The position numbers were made by a program, and so were the translations under genes. A stretch of DNA of 64,000 nt from Tubiluchus corallicola (lineage: Eukaryota; Animalia; Priapulida), in contig JAQGDQ010000048.1 in NCBI GenBank assembly GCA_030141605.1, forward strand, positions 620,001 through 684,000. The letters run 5' to 3'. Shown here one piece after another: positions 34,841-49,554 of the stretch (position 1 is the stretch's first letter; every line of letters begins with the position of its first letter). The notes beneath the pieces were generated by a model that saw only the letters and a program-made list of their open reading frames with translations, was not told where the DNA came from and ran no database searches.

Positions 34841-37800
34841 AGATGTGTTAACAAATTTGTCAAAAATTAATAACTAATATTCCTAAGTTTTGAACTTTTA
34901 ACATTGCCTTTTTTATAATTTTTAGCTGAGGACAAACTAACTGATGACTGGGCTGTAACAGTATTATGGGATTATGAGGTGACGACGAGTGTGAGAATAG
35001 GTTTTTTCCTCTTGAAAATGAGGTTGATTTATAAACTCGCAATTCCGGGTGGGAACGTATCTAGATGAGACTAACTGAGAGAACGAGGATCTACTAAGAA
35101 AACCTGTCTCTTAATACGTTGTTTTTTATCCCCAAATGCATGTGCAAACCTTGGCCAACCGTTATCCAGTTCCCAAGTAATTCTCCAAATACATATAAGT
35201 GCCGGCTTCCAGTTCTGAAAAAATCCGATCTTCTTAGCCACTGTCCGTCCCTTTCTTTGAAATTTCAGGGTTCACAACACGTACGTTTGACGTCATTTAC
35301 TTGCGGTTGACACAATTTTGGAACAGTCACTTCAAAGCGGAGTCGATTGATTACATTTCTGATAATTAATGACACCAGATTCTGTCATTATTGCTGCCTA
35401 TAATGAAGCCAGCAGTATTGATATTTTACATGCCTCTGGCATAAAGCGCCACAGCCAAAGCAATTAACTGGATAAACACTGCCGCTGCTCAATAATTTGT
35501 CTTGTTTATTACTACACTGACTAATTTAGGGCTTTTTGTTCGTCTTACCTTATGTATTAACTGTAGAAATTCATGGAAACCATGATCGAAGTTTACAGTC
35601 GAAGTTCGCTTATATAAAATGAAAAGTTTGTCGATTTTGACGGAATTTACTCACATTTTATTCATTACCTCCCCTAATTATCAGTGTTTAATAAAACATT
35701 AAATTGCGTAAATATTCGAGGGAAGCGCCATAGTAATTTATGCGTATCTGTAGGTTGGCATCATTTTATGTCATTTAAGTAAGCGTTTCTTTTTAAATTT
35801 TCACAACGTTACACAAATGTTCTGAATTTTATTACTTTGTTATAAAATCAGCAGATATGTACTTTTAGAACATTTTATTTCTTTTCAAATAAGCGAATAA
35901 ATGCTCGGAAGTAAAAAAAGCTTGATTCGTCTGCAAACGTAGTGCGCATAATATCGGTTATTCAGTCAGTGTTAAAAGAAATACAAATCCAGAATTTGTT
36001 GCTTAAAGAAGTGATTTAGGCACTCACGTTGTTTGGCGTTAAGGAGTAAGATATTGCTACATGAGATGGACCCATCGTTTTTTTGTATAAATGTCTGAAA
36101 ACAGCTGATATCACAGATAGTAATAAATAACACATGTACAATCAAGTGTATATGCATGCACGTCAGTGACATTCTCGGGAGATATAAAAGAATTTTAGAC
36201 GCTTTTCCTCAGTGAAGCAATGCATTTTTCACTTCGCTGGATTGATGCAACTCTAGCTAAAATTTTATTCTTCCCACGGATGAAATTCATCATCTCCGGA
36301 GAGAAAAAGCTATTTTGAACCCTCGAATCTATCATTCCGCTCGCTTTATGGAAATGCTAAGCTAGACCATTTGTTTGCGAGAAATTTCGGTGCCATAATA
36401 TAAAGAGTGCCACAGCTTCAGAAGTCACTCGAGCTTTCTTGATTCTATGATTCCATTTACTGTAAAAATATTACTAAATTCTTTAGTCCCAAGCAAGGCG
36501 AATACTAGGGTGTAATAGTCTTTTAAAGTGAGCAACGGTTCGTGCATTATGATGTTTGTATCCACATCGCAGAGTGACATACATTTGCAAGAGTAAAAAA
36601 GTTTTACCATGGTCTAAGGCTAAGAGCTAATTTAGAATGAGAGCTTCATCTTTTCAACAAAGTTTTAGTCCAAGGCACTTTTGAAATACAGGGCATTATG
36701 CATGTTTAATTTATGGCTGCGCTTAAGTAATATAAAGCAGCGATACATTTATTTTGTACTACACAAGATTCGTTCCCTCTTTTACATAACGGTGTTAGAT
36801 TTATTCAAATTTTTATAAGGATATATATTAATATTATATACATATAACTTACACTTAGAAAACGTTGATTGCTGGATGAGATTTAGAGGCGTTAGAACTA
36901 CTTTTTGCCAGAAAAACTCCCATTTTTGGACGTGTTAATGGTTATTCAGCATTCGGGAATGGGAGCGTGTCTGGAGTAGAGCCTGGGTTAATAGATTTAT
37001 AGGCCACCTGAGGCTGAACATTATAGGTATTCTGGGAAGTTCTCGGCTTTCTGCTGTCGGCTTTTTCCCTACCCACCTGCCCAACTTGTTTGTATTAGCA
37101 AAGGTTTCAGTAGTGTATGTAATGTATTATTAATATTATATTTGCAATCTATGTGTAAGCCACTTATTGAGCCACCGAATTATTTCTTATATTATGCCAT
37201 GTGAAGTATAACAATATTTATTCTTTACATGGCACAACTGATATTTCATACGTTGAGCCGATATAAAGTATTTATTCTATCATCCTGCCGCACAAAGCAC
37301 AAATGATCCAAAAAGATCACCGTTAATAAAAAAAGCGTTGTCTTTTTTGCATTTGACAGTGAGTCACGTGATCTAAATTAACGAGCTGCTTTTCAAAATG
37401 CTATCACTTCTTTGATTTGCTTTATCCTTTACTTTCATTACATCGCAGTTAGTTTAATCGATGTGGGATTATGCAACCGACTGGGGGCGCAACTAAATGT
37501 ATTACTCATGTGTGGTGGGTGGAGCGGTATCCGAAATTTGGGGTCTTTCGTTCTGCAGTCTTACAACCTGCAGTTTCTCAATTAGTCAGACAAAATTTGC
37601 GTCATGAACTAAAAGCCAGATTTGTTTTAACAGGTGACCATCTATTTTAACAAAACATCTCCTTTTTGAGATCCACCCCTCCAATTTCTTTGCCGGGTCG
37701 TTTTATAGCTTAACAATTTATATCCAATCGAATAAAGTCGAATTTCATTCTCTTCAGTTCTTCTTAGAATTCAAAATGGTCGATCGTATCCGCCAACGGA

Positions 37801-40800
37801 CTACCTTAACTCAGTACCATAATTTCTTATTCACTTCATTTTAAATAATTTTAAGTTATCATAACCAGGAAACTCTGCAAAAGAGTAATAAACTTAAAAT
37901 GAGAGCTGTGTGCGCAATAAGAGGACAAAGAGAGCTGTAGTGATTGCTTTCATCACGCATCCGCCCTGACCAGGATTTGCTTTTCTCTCTTTTGAGCGAA
38001 TTAAACAAGCGTTAAACGGGTTTATTTAATTGCGCCTTTGTCGCCTGAATTCACTATAGAGGATGCTCGTAAGTTGTGAAGCAATTCAATTCGGCAATAT
38101 GCAGTTTCGTTTCATGAGAAGAAAACTATTTTAGTTCATCAATTTCTACTATTAAATCTCGAATAAAATCGTCTAAAGTCACAGAAGTCATAGCCGCGCT
38201 TACCTTGGTCTGAAAAGCCATTATACTGTGACTAATGTATATAGTGTGATTTCAGACTCTTCTCTTCTCCCACTTTTCTTATTAAGTAAAATGCAAGTAA
38301 GTCATTAAGTAAGTAGAATTCAGCATCTTTAGTATTTTTCTGCGTAAGAACTTTTATTTTATCATCACTTTTTTAGTGTTAGAGTAACAAAAATAAAATC
38401 AAAAGATGCATTCACAATTGTTCGCTGGAAATGTGATATTATCAAATCTGTAAAAATATACATCACTGGTCTTGAATCCACACGTCTGTTCTTATGCGCT
38501 GGCAAAACGCGTTGATTCGATTGGAAGCCCTTCGTCCGATTAAACGAGAAACCTGTGAACCGCCAAGTAGGATAGACTGAATGTAAGTGTGCATCTATTA
38601 ACTTTTAGCGTTAATTAGTGCACTCCCAGATACCGCTTTTATCAGCTCACCCAGGAGACAGGGGAGTTTACTTAACTTTATCATTACTCTATTAAGTTAG
38701 GGTTTATTGTTGCAAGTCCATTAACCCATTAAGCAGTTGCTGCTAAGGTGCTTCTAATACAGGCAGGCCCTGCGTAAGACATTGATCCTTATGAAGTAGT
38801 GGGTAGTTTGCGATTCAAACACGTCAAGGTTATGATTACAAGGCTATTAATCCCATTAAATTTAATGATCAACAGTTTTTTGTAATCCTGATTTGATTAG
38901 TGATCTGCCAAATCCGCCATCTTGATTTTTAAAATGGCTACGGCAAAAATCTATTGCTTTTGTATACTAGGTCAGGACTACTTACACTTGTCTTACATTG
39001 TCGATTTCCATCTTAAAAAATATTTTTGGGGAAGGGATTATTCATTTGTGGTACTTAATATCCGATAGGATGAAGCCTTTTGGATTTTAGTATCGCAAAA
39101 ATGCTTAACAGCATGTAAAAGTAAAACAATAATTTCTGACAGACAGTCTAAAATTTAATTTACGGTTTTCTATTACGGTGTTTAAAAAAACCAAGCGACC
39201 AGAAATTTAATTTAGCTGCCGGTTAATTTAATTAAGAAAAATTAATACTATTAGAATTCATTAGTAGTTTTACTTGTGCCTTGAATGTAGATTTTTTTCT
39301 CTTCCTCTGCGTTTTCTCTCCCTGTGCAAACTTTATGTTGAGCAAAGCCAGATAGAATGTTAAGGCGATGAGAGGTTTAGTCGAATCTTTGTTAAGAAAA
39401 AGGTTCTGTGTATAATTACTTTGTGGGTGGCTTCATAAATGAAAGTTAATACATTAGTAAACTAAGATATTATTACAAGTATGCACACAAATATTAGTAA
39501 GGAATCATTGTTAGCGATGGATGGAGTACTTAAGGTTGGGCTTGACAATAGCCAGTTAGCTCTGTTAATAGATTACCTTGCAACAGTGTAAAGTCATTAC
39601 TGATTTGGTCTTGTATGTAGACGTATTGTGCAAATATTTTATATATATATGTAAATATTAGTACTTATTTTTTTCCAGTAATCCGGTCACAAATTATCAT
39701 TAATATTAATTTATTGACTAAATTTGCCAACTATTAAAAAATGTACATTTGTTTAATGAATTGTACGAAATAAAGATTTTATATATTCATAAAGCTAAGA
39801 ACAAAAGTGAAAGTGTTACTCTTTTGCAAACACAACCACATGTTACTTAAATTATGCCATATTACATGTAGTTCCAAAACAAATGACAAAGTTGATTTTA
39901 CAGCGTTTCTGAGACGTGGTATTTAATGTTTGAGTGGGGGAAGCCAAGTATTTTGGCAAATTAAAATCACACTCTTGACCTCTGCCGAACTACATATCAT
40001 ACTTTCTACTTCAAGTGAACATATTGGCCTATAATTATAGTCAAGCATTGATCCAATGACCTACTTATTAAAAATTTTGTGTTCAGTGACTGATCTACAG
40101 TCTAAGAGTCTAGATAAGAGTGCCAATCCAAGCTAGTGACTTTAAATTTTAGTGTTGTGTGTCTGAGGCAGCGCCCCACAGTAAAATTGTGGTCCGCATG
40201 GTGTTACTCAGAGCAGAAATATTACCCAGTAGTGATGCAAATGCTTCATTCAAACGATTGCCTTTGAAACACGATTCTTTTCATTGGACATTAAAAAGCT
40301 GCTGCTGGGCATATTAAACGTCGAGATTGATGTTCGCTACCATTTTTATGTTCTTTATTATTAGACAGACAATGATTACTGTATCCGATTGCTATTATCC
40401 GACTGAAAATGTAGTAGCATTTCGTGATTGCTTTCAGTCTCACTTTCATCTAGTTTTTGTTGTTTTGTAGATGAGCATGGACTCGTTTTTTAAGTCAAAT
40501 CAACTGAATAAAAAAACGTATTACTTTTGTTATTTTAAACATATGAGTATTATTCCTGGTTACGGGATTGATTTTGGTCCCTCCTCAACCACTTGAGCCA
40601 AAACCACGAGTAAATGCTGGATCTCACATTACGGAGTACTGAACTGTGTGAAAAGTTCTGTTTACAGTGGTCTAATGAATTTCCTTTTGGGTGGGCTGCA
40701 CTTTGAAATCCACGTAAACCAGTGTTGTATCAGAGACAAAATTGTGTGGAAATATTTCAAGAGCATAAAACCGATTCACGATTCACGTGTAAAATGATTC

Positions 40801-40889
40801 ATATGTAAAAACGATTCACGTTCAAACCAGTTAACGAGCATTTGTTTGATTGTTTTTGTTTTCAATGGTAAAAGTTTCTTGTAAATAAA

Positions 40890-42013
40890 CATGAGCTTTT
40901 ATCAAAACACTATTGCTTCCCTAAACACTATTCAACCATTGACGCCCTAATACACAGTACAGAAATTGGAGACATGGCTTAGATAACAAACATGACACTT
41001 TGACGGTATTTTTGGATTTAAGAAAGGCGTTTGAGAGTATTAATCACAAATTACTTTTAGATAACTTAAAAGCAAAAACAAATAGAAAACAACGAGTAAG
41101 GTTAGATACAAGCAACTTTTCAGACTGGGCCACATTAAACAGAGGTTTACAGCAGGGAATTGCTGGCTCCGTTATTATTTTGTCTTTATATAAACAATAT
41201 ATCCAATGTTCTGCAATCCTTGGATATCCTATACGTAGCTCACGAAGATATCCACACTGCACAAAATTGGGCCACACTTCTGTGGATGTACACTACTTCA
41301 AAAATCATCAGAGAAAATTATTAAAACTAAATCTCCTTCAGAACTATGCATTGAGATTGATAGCTGAGTTCTCATACACAGGTGTAAGGCAGGTAGACAA
41401 AAATTCAAGGCTTCAATAACTAACCTAAGCTAAACTTTTAACTTTCAGTCACCGAAGCACACAAAGACTTTTTTACTCTACTGTTTATATTTAAATACAT
41501 TGACAAGCCATTTCAAAATAACTGATTTAGCTTCCTACCAAATTCTATCGTCAATTTAAGAGCAAAAGTAATCTAAAAGAAATTAGGACAAATACCCACT
41601 GTGAAACCAACTCTATCATCAAGCAAGCAGTTTTACTTTGGAATTCTTTACCATTACAGGTTAAGAGAATCAGGTCCTTATCAGCATTTAAAACCAAATT
41701 AAAATCATTAATATTAATCATATATGAAATATCATCACACTAACATATACACCAATTCAGAATTTCTATATCTGCGGCCATATTAATTAAGTAAATCATG
41801 AATTTTAATCCTTGTAAACAGTTGTAAAAACGTTTTATTTTTATTCGTCAGTAATTTTTGTTTCCACTCTTTTCGTTAGTGCACAGTAGTTTAGATTGCA
41901 TTGACGCATTTGCCTTTAACAGTGTAAGTTTTTAATAACTAACACTGATTGATCATCATTTTCAGTGATTATCAATGTGTTTAATGTTAATGGCAAATAA
42001 AGATTATATATAT
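40890..42013 (+). mobile_element. Internally deleted L2/CR1-group LINE remnant
   Basis: TVFLDLRKAFESINHKLLLDNL, NRKQRV, ..RGLQQG, LQNYALRLI, later ..LWNSLP..; ends aataaa-gattatatata. Confidence 0.8.
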
Positions 42014-44042
42014 AATCCTGGTAAGCCCCCAGAGCGATTGATGAAAGTTTTCCAATAAGATATAGGCATCAATGATACAATATAGCTATTTCTTATACGT
42101 TTACATACCGTGTACATTGCGGGTCTGTAAACAAGTCGCGCTCTGATAACATCAGCACAGATCTCGGAGGAGTTCATCAGGCGGAAATTACTTGGACTAG
42201 CGAGTGGTTTAAAAATGACTAGCTGTTTTTTTTCGCTCGTTGGGAGGCTGTTAATTATCCCATCAGCTGAGACAGTTTTGATGTCTCTGGGAGTTCGTTT
42301 ACCTTGTCACTAGTAGCTCAGTCTTTACTTATTTATCACTACTGTCAGCGTTGAGGAAATCCTGTTTCCATTCTTAGAAGAGTGGATTCGCCTTTAGAAG
42401 CTTGGCTTCCTGGACATTGCAATAATTAGTGCTAAACTGAATTATGAGATAGTAAGTTGACAGTTCAATTAAAGAATTTACCGCAAGCCGTTTTCTGTAT
42501 TTATTTTGCTACAGTTTCCTTCTGTTTCGTGTGCCTTTTCAGAACTACTTTATTTATCTAATGTATATTCTACTGATTAAATGTCAGTATTCAGATATAA
42601 TAGGTAGATTATAAGCTGGATTATAGGTCTACGGCTTTTCGTAATATAGCTGTTTTCTACTACACCTCGAAACTCAGCGGCATTGAATTCGAAGATAAGC
42701 TATTAACTTTTTCTCTTTTGCTGTAATTTCATGCTATAGCAAACAAATATAGTTACGTATTACATTGAACATCTTTAAACTAGATTTAGTTCTGTTAGCA
42801 TGAGCAGCTTTACATAATAGAAGTATTTACAAACTATCGTGATCATGTATTTACATTAAAACAGGGTTCCTCTACTGAAGTGTAGTAGGAAGATTTTCCA
42901 ATTGAACTTTGAACTACATAGAATGTCGTCTAACTATTTTCGCATAAGTGCATTTAATAGTAGCCAAAATGTTATAGACTAAAGTCTGATTAAAATGATT
43001 AAAACGTATAAAGTTAAATCTATTTTTATCTTACTAGTCAATTTCTCTTTCATGTTATCGTAAAAAAGTATTTGTCATAACATTTTCATTCTGTGTTCTT
43101 GGTTTATATATAAATATTCTTCGTTCTCTTTACAGCGAGGCGAAAATGATCTAATCAGTACAGTAAACGCTAACACTTTAAACAAACATCGAAACCTTTA
43201 CACACTGAGCCAATTTTTACAGTTTAATGCTTTTCCAAAAATAAACAATCAAACTAGGGAAAATAAGATAAGTTTTGACAACGACTGAGTTTTTTGTCCC
43301 AATTCAGCGTACAAACTGAAACGGAAGCACTAATGTGCTTGGATCCGGCACACGTCACTTACATATGTATGTTACGTCACGTGGTTAAAATGTTATATAT
43401 TTTCGATACTTCTGGTATGACTTCCGCTTGATAAATGAAATTTCCGCCAGTGTTGGGTAAGCTATATAACTCTGTCATTTAGTTAAACAATGTATATTGT
43501 ATTTTTTGGGAAAAAAGGATTTCATGATAACATTAAAGGGTAATCTACATGGGCAGATCCAAAATCCATAACCAGCAAAAGAGAAACTACACCAATGTAG
43601 CAATGTAAAAAAGGCTGATGACAGAGTTTCCCAGTACGAAACGGTCAAGATCAGGTTACTGGCAAATTGCTAAGGAAACCGATGTCAGTGGGACACATGA
43701 GGGAAGAAGAGTATTTAAAAATTTGAAAAAATAAAATACGATAAATGAGTAAATGGATAAAATGAATAAAATTAAATTAACATGTCCATAAAGACAACAC
43801 AGTCACACTAATGTCTAGTGCTTTTCATTTTTATAGGTTTAATGATAATATCAAGCATAAAATTTACTTTTTAACTTTCTTAGCAGAAATTGGTGGAAAA
43901 TGTCAAAATATTTCTGTTTTACCCTGTAAATTTCAAATTGGATAAACATTCTTGGCTCTATAGGATTTTTAAGATGGGCTTCCTTTTTGTGTCCACCCTG
44001 TATTATAATATTTTGAAGGCCCAATGGTGATGTTGAACACGA

Positions 44043-44112
44043 AGATGATTACGGTGGTGATGATGGTGACGACGGTGACAACAGTGACAATGATGATAGT
44101 GGCGATGATGCC
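44043..44112. repeat. Degenerate (GAT/GGT/GAC)n trinucleotide tract
   Basis: gatgattacggtggtgatgatggtgacgacggtgacaacagtgacaatgatgat. Confidence 0.7.
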
Positions 44113-47100
44113 ACTATTATTATGTAATCTGGACTTCTTCCGATGTTCTTTGCAAAATTTTGTTAATGCTATTGTACAATTATAATCCAACAATTTTAGG
44201 CGTAAATCTGTTAATGACCTCAGGCATTTATTCCATTTTGATGGAAATGCCTAAAAAAGCGAGGAGATAGAGAACACAACATTTTCAATTTACTTTGCCA
44301 TCTGCGCACAACATTATAAAGTATTTCTATTTCTATTTCTTTATTATGAATTGACGGTGCTAGTTGTATTCGTACAGCGAATTTATTGTGATGGCGCGGA
44401 GAATTAAATATTATCTTACCAGATTATGCGAAACCCTTGATTTATTATGCAGAGGGGTGTCATGTGCAAATGTCTTATACAAACTACAAATGCTGTAACG
44501 TTTGAATGAAGCTACTGCTAACATTGTCAACCCGGTTAGGTATTTGTCAGTGTGATCGTTTCCTGGTGTTCCTTGTGAGGCATTGTTGGCTTTTAGCGCT
44601 CTGATATACGCTTTTAGCGCATCGTATATCAGTCCTACCCACCCCACGTCACATTTAAAATAACCACAATACCCAGGAGAGCAGCTTCGCAAATCCGAAG
44701 CTGTCCCAGTCGTTAATTCGCTATTTATGGGCGAAAAAGTCCATTTTGCTGTTCCCAGAAAGCTTCGCTGTTTTGCGCCGTTGCGGTTGCACAGTTTTAG
44801 CGTTTGGTAATGATTCTTTTAGCTGATAGAACTTTATAATGAAATTGCTTGTCCTGCTTGTAAATTAGTGTAAGATTGTTGCTAGATGTGGCGTACGTGA
44901 ATCGCGTGTGGTAATGAAATTGGTTGTCCTGTTTGTATAGGCACCATGTTTGTTGTAGTGTACCTAAAGACGAACCCTATTCTTGTAAACTGCTTTAATT
45001 ATCTACAATACAGGCTTCAGATAGGCGGAAACGATTACAGCAATTACAGCTCTTGGGAAAGAGGTCAAGTGTAGTTGTTTTGCCGCATAAGGAAGCATGC
45101 GCGTAAAGTTTTTAAGTTGCTAAATCTGGGTGTAAATCTTTATGTTCATAGCTTTTATTTTAGTGAATTTATAATACTAGCGCTTCTGCATAGCAGTGTA
45201 ATCTAGATTAGGAACCGAATTTTTCCTTTCATACTGCAGCAACAAGAAAACCTTGTAGCTTGTTTGTAATGTTGCACATCGAATAGCCGTAAAGTATGCT
45301 GTGTTCTAAGTACTCTTGCAAACTACTTCACACATTTTACTTGCATCTGTACATTATTATTAAAACACGGATAAACAAGCTGAACCTCACAAGCTGAACC
45401 TGTAATATGATAGCACAATAAACAAAAGAAATAAAAGCTTATTCTTGAAACAACAGTAACAACTATTCTTCTTTTATGGTATTATGTAAAGTGTGGGCTA
45501 TCTAAACGTTACTTGAGTTCTACTTTTAAGGTTATACGCTCTTCTGACTTCTGATATACATTTTTGGAATGCAGAAGGCCTGAGTGATGATTGCAGGCTC
45601 TACGTGTTATTAACTCGAAGCCTGTATACGTGTTAAAAGTGTTTTTATTTTTAGCAAAACTGTGTTGTTTGTGTTGTTCATGTCGGGGACAAAACTATGT
45701 CAGTGATGATGGAGAGGCACCTACTGTCAGGGCGATAGTGACAGGGGTATTTTAAATCGGCTTTATTTCAGTGTTTTTCTTTGGCAGTAGACTAAACTAG
45801 TTACTATATATCCGATTGCAAGTAAATGTTTACTTTTAGTCAATTTTGTAATAACCAGCGAGCTTAAGTGGAATGCATATATACGCTACTTAGTAATAAT
45901 TTTCACAACTATTACAAGAAAATTCCAAAACAAGCTTTGTGAAAGTGTGGAAACTTTTATGAAGTACTGAACCACTACATGGACATGAGTCATGAATGCC
46001 TGATTAGACGTTTTTAGGTATACCCTAACTCCGGTTCACTACATCGGTGCCCACGACGTGAGACCCGCATCCTCAGCACATGTCCACTCAGTGGAACACC
46101 AACGTTGCGCGTTTATTCGCGTAGCGTTTTACATGCGTAGGTTAAGTGAAGCCAACACGGATCACTGATTTCCTTGGCTTTAAACGACTATACTTAATTG
46201 CTTTATTTAGGACGTCTTATGCTGGAACAAACACGGGCAGCGCTTAGTGAAATAATAAATGCTGTTTACGATTTGTATTCAGACTGCATACTTCTTCAGG
46301 CTAATATTCTCTGCATTTATCTCAATCTTTTCTAAATCGTAAAGAGGATGATGACGCTGAGCAGGGAATGTTTGCTACATTGGCAAGTAATTAACCCATT
46401 ACTGCTCCCCTAATTACTTCATCCACATTGTCATTTAAACGCTTACTTAGCTGCGTAGAAAAACTGCATCTTCCTATCCATTTAAAATACGTAAAATTCT
46501 AATCAAGAATTTGTCTGATATTAGACATGGCTTGATGATTTTTAATTTAATATATTTCTTTATTTCAAGCTTTTGCTTATAGAATAATATTGTAAAATAT
46601 AACACTCATGATTACAATAATTAAAATTAACAGGAACTGCAAACCAAAAACAACTGCTACCGGAATTAAAAATATCACAATATCTGTAGTCTGCATTTAT
46701 TATTAACATTTTTACAAAATTACAAAATTCAAAACTCTTTGGTTAAGCTAATACCATAAACGGGCAAATAAAATAACAAAAGAATGGATGGATGAGCAAC
46801 TTACAGAACGAAAAGCAAGCAAAAACGTACGAACAGAGAAACAGTTAGCCGAATTTTTGAGAAACCTCCGGAACTTTTAATCTGAGATGCGAGTTAAAGT
46901 TTTTTCACATTATTTGTGTGCGCAAACACTAATGACTGAGTCATACAGTAGCATTGTTTTATTGTCCTTCATTGGTTGTAAAGTGACGCCGCTGCCATTC
47001 TATGATACGATGTACATTATTACTTTCGTGAATTTTTGATTATCACTTTAAATCACCGAGTTTCAGGTTGTGATAATTTTAGAGTTATTATAAAACAAAA

Positions 47101-49014
47101 TAGTAGCTAATATTTCAGTGATTATTGTTGCCGTTAAAGGAAGACAGGATAATTTTTCATATACTATCCCGTTTTCATATATTACCAAGTACGGTAAAAA
47201 TATGCACTTTAACAACAAAAATACTGGAAAAGCATTTCTGATAGTTAAATAATAAATTAAAACCATGATTAATGGCGGGCGAACGAAACTATTTGCTGAT
47301 ATCACAAACGAACATAATTTTCAACAGCAAAAATATTCCGCGTGTTGCACGTGTTTATGAAAGAAAAATGCAGCAAGTGCTACTGTAAGAGATTCAGTGT
47401 GTTGTAATAAAACTCAGCAAGTTTTAAGATAAAAATTCAAATTTCAAATTTGCCGCTGTGCTTACGCATGAGCTGTCGAACGTGTGCATATGCCATTAAC
47501 GAACACATCTGAACTGAGAGGTACGTGTTTTTTTGTGCAATGCGTTTTCGAAATGGAGGCGCTAGTCGCCATCTAACTAGAGAATGGTGAAATGTTATAA
47601 CAACGAAGAGCTAATGGGGCGTTCGCGCTATTTCGTTTGTGCGGTAATAATTCTTTCGCGTGATAGTATGTCTCTTTTCAATATTTTAAAGAGTAGATTA
47701 TTTTGACTTGCTGTTTAAGATTGGGTCCGCTTTTGCTTTAAATTTAACGAAAGGAGGTACTAGTTAACATCCTGAGTTAACTATTTTATAAGGCATCTTA
47801 ATTACAAAAATTTCCAGTTTAACGGTGAGTCGCGTAATGATGAGAATTTATATTATTTCGAAGCATTTAATGATTACATTTCAAAAGTGGACAGAGCTGA
47901 GCCCCATGATTGGGGGGTCAACATGTGATGTGCGGTTCAACAACGGAAAAAACAAGCTAGCTAGTAGCACAGCGGACTGAGCCGAGTAGATACTCGAGAC
48001 TGCACTGTCTGTACACTGTTACAAAATACATTGACTTTAATTTGGAATGTCAAAGTCATTGCCTCAGTGATCCCTGATCTCTTTATTATTCTTTAAAATT
48101 CAATAAGTGAAAACAATCCGTAAGCTAGTACACTCAGTTTTCATCAAAGGGCAGGTACAAGGCAGATTGTTTATTAAATATATGCAGTTCTCAGCACATC
48201 ATATTGTACGTGTGGGGGAGGGAGGGTGTAATGGTATAGATAACAGAAATTTTAGATTAAAAAGTCAAAACTTAGTCAGTGGCTCTATTTAACCTTAAAA
48301 ATTTTGATGACTTGAAAAACATAGAAACCTGTGCACTCACATTAACAAGGCAGACACTAAACACATCAAAGATGATGTTGTACCGGAACAATGCATTGGT
48401 CAAAAATTAAACACAGGGGAATTTGAAAAGTGCCAATTAGAGCATAGCAAAAGCTGAATAATGCATAATTTAACGTACGAACGAAGCTCTTAATATCCTT
48501 TGTAATCAGTCTGCTATGCATTGCCTGAAATGGTGCAGGCCAGGACTTCGCAAGCACGACTTGTTACAGAAAAACATACATTAATCGAGATGAAACTGCA
48601 TTCAAAGAATCAAAGTAGCAGCTGTGCTTCCATAATACGATTAAAGTATTGTAATGACGCACGTACAGAAAATTCCCAACTTGACATTAATCACTGACGA
48701 ATGTAATGGTATCAAAGAACGTGGATTAACCAGGATTTCAATGGTGAGAAAATATAATTACTGAAAAGCGGATATTTCTGTTCACGAGTTTTGCACCGAC
48801 AGGTTTGTATTTTTGTTGCTTACATGTATTATTAATAAACCTCAAACAAACTGTACATTAATATCAATATATTTTATTTAAAATTCGTGCGACATGCTGC
48901 ATGTCAGAGCTGACAAGCTTTTAGTTGCAGTATTTTTTAGTTGGGATAACAAATTACGCTCCTGTCTTTATGAAAAAAATCCTAAGTGTAAACTAGTAAG
49001 ATGGGTGGGAAAAT

Positions 49015-49400
49015 TTCTTAACACAGTACAAGGGAAGATGCAGTCATTTTTTTCAGTAGTGGACTTCTTCAAAAGTTTCTTCAAAACACTTGGATCTGAC
49101 AACACCTTGTCGCCAGCTAAATCATTCCTCAGTAACATAAATATTCCCTCTACAGAAAGAGTAGGCCTAACACCCACGGTATCAGGTTCTGTTAATATGT
49201 CTGATTTCAAGTATATGGTATGGAATGGCACTTTTAATAAGTTCATCCCTACACATTTTGTGAGTACATCTGTGTTTGCAGAAGACTTCAGACAAAGGTA
49301 AGACACTCTATAATAAAAGGGTCTGTGCCGCAGCAGTATCCCGCAAAATTTTAATAGGTCTTATCATTAATGGAAGATACAGTGTTTCCGTTAATACAAA
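49015..49400 (-). mobile_element. Gypsy (Gmr1-like) aspartic protease remnant
   Basis: Minus strand RPIKILRDTAAAQTLLL*SVLPLS, then frameshifted VPFHTIYLKSDIL..VGVRPTLSVEGIFMLLRNDLAGDKV..IFPC, matching LRDTGA..VPLH.V.L.S..VGVRP.LPV.GV..LLGNDLAG.KV. Confidence 0.75.
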
Positions 49401-49475
49401 AAGCTTAAACTGTTCTATAATATCAGACTCTAACAACAAATTGTGGCATTTCCGCACTGAATACATCAGAAATAA

Positions 49476-49554
49476 CCGGGGGCCAATTTCCCAAAACCAT
49501 CACTAAGTTAACGACGTCATTAACTTAGTGACGGCTTTGTAAGACCGGTCCCGG
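49476..49554. mobile_element. Tiny hairpin MITE, PIF/Harbinger-like
   Basis: ccgggggccaatttcccaaaaccatcactaagttaa / ttaacttagtgacggctttgtaagaccggtcccgg form an imperfect inverted repeat with an 8-nt spacer. Confidence 0.6.

Noticed and set aside
43965-44003. Tc1/mariner-like end (TA-CAGGGTGGACACAAAAA on minus strand)
   Set aside because: No matching partner TIR found, so element boundaries cannot be supported.
48894-49301. 135-aa + strand ORF containing NPK, considered as the next dynein exon
   Set aside because: Lacks LNPKSITMGQLYG context; it is the antisense shadow of the Gypsy protease remnant.
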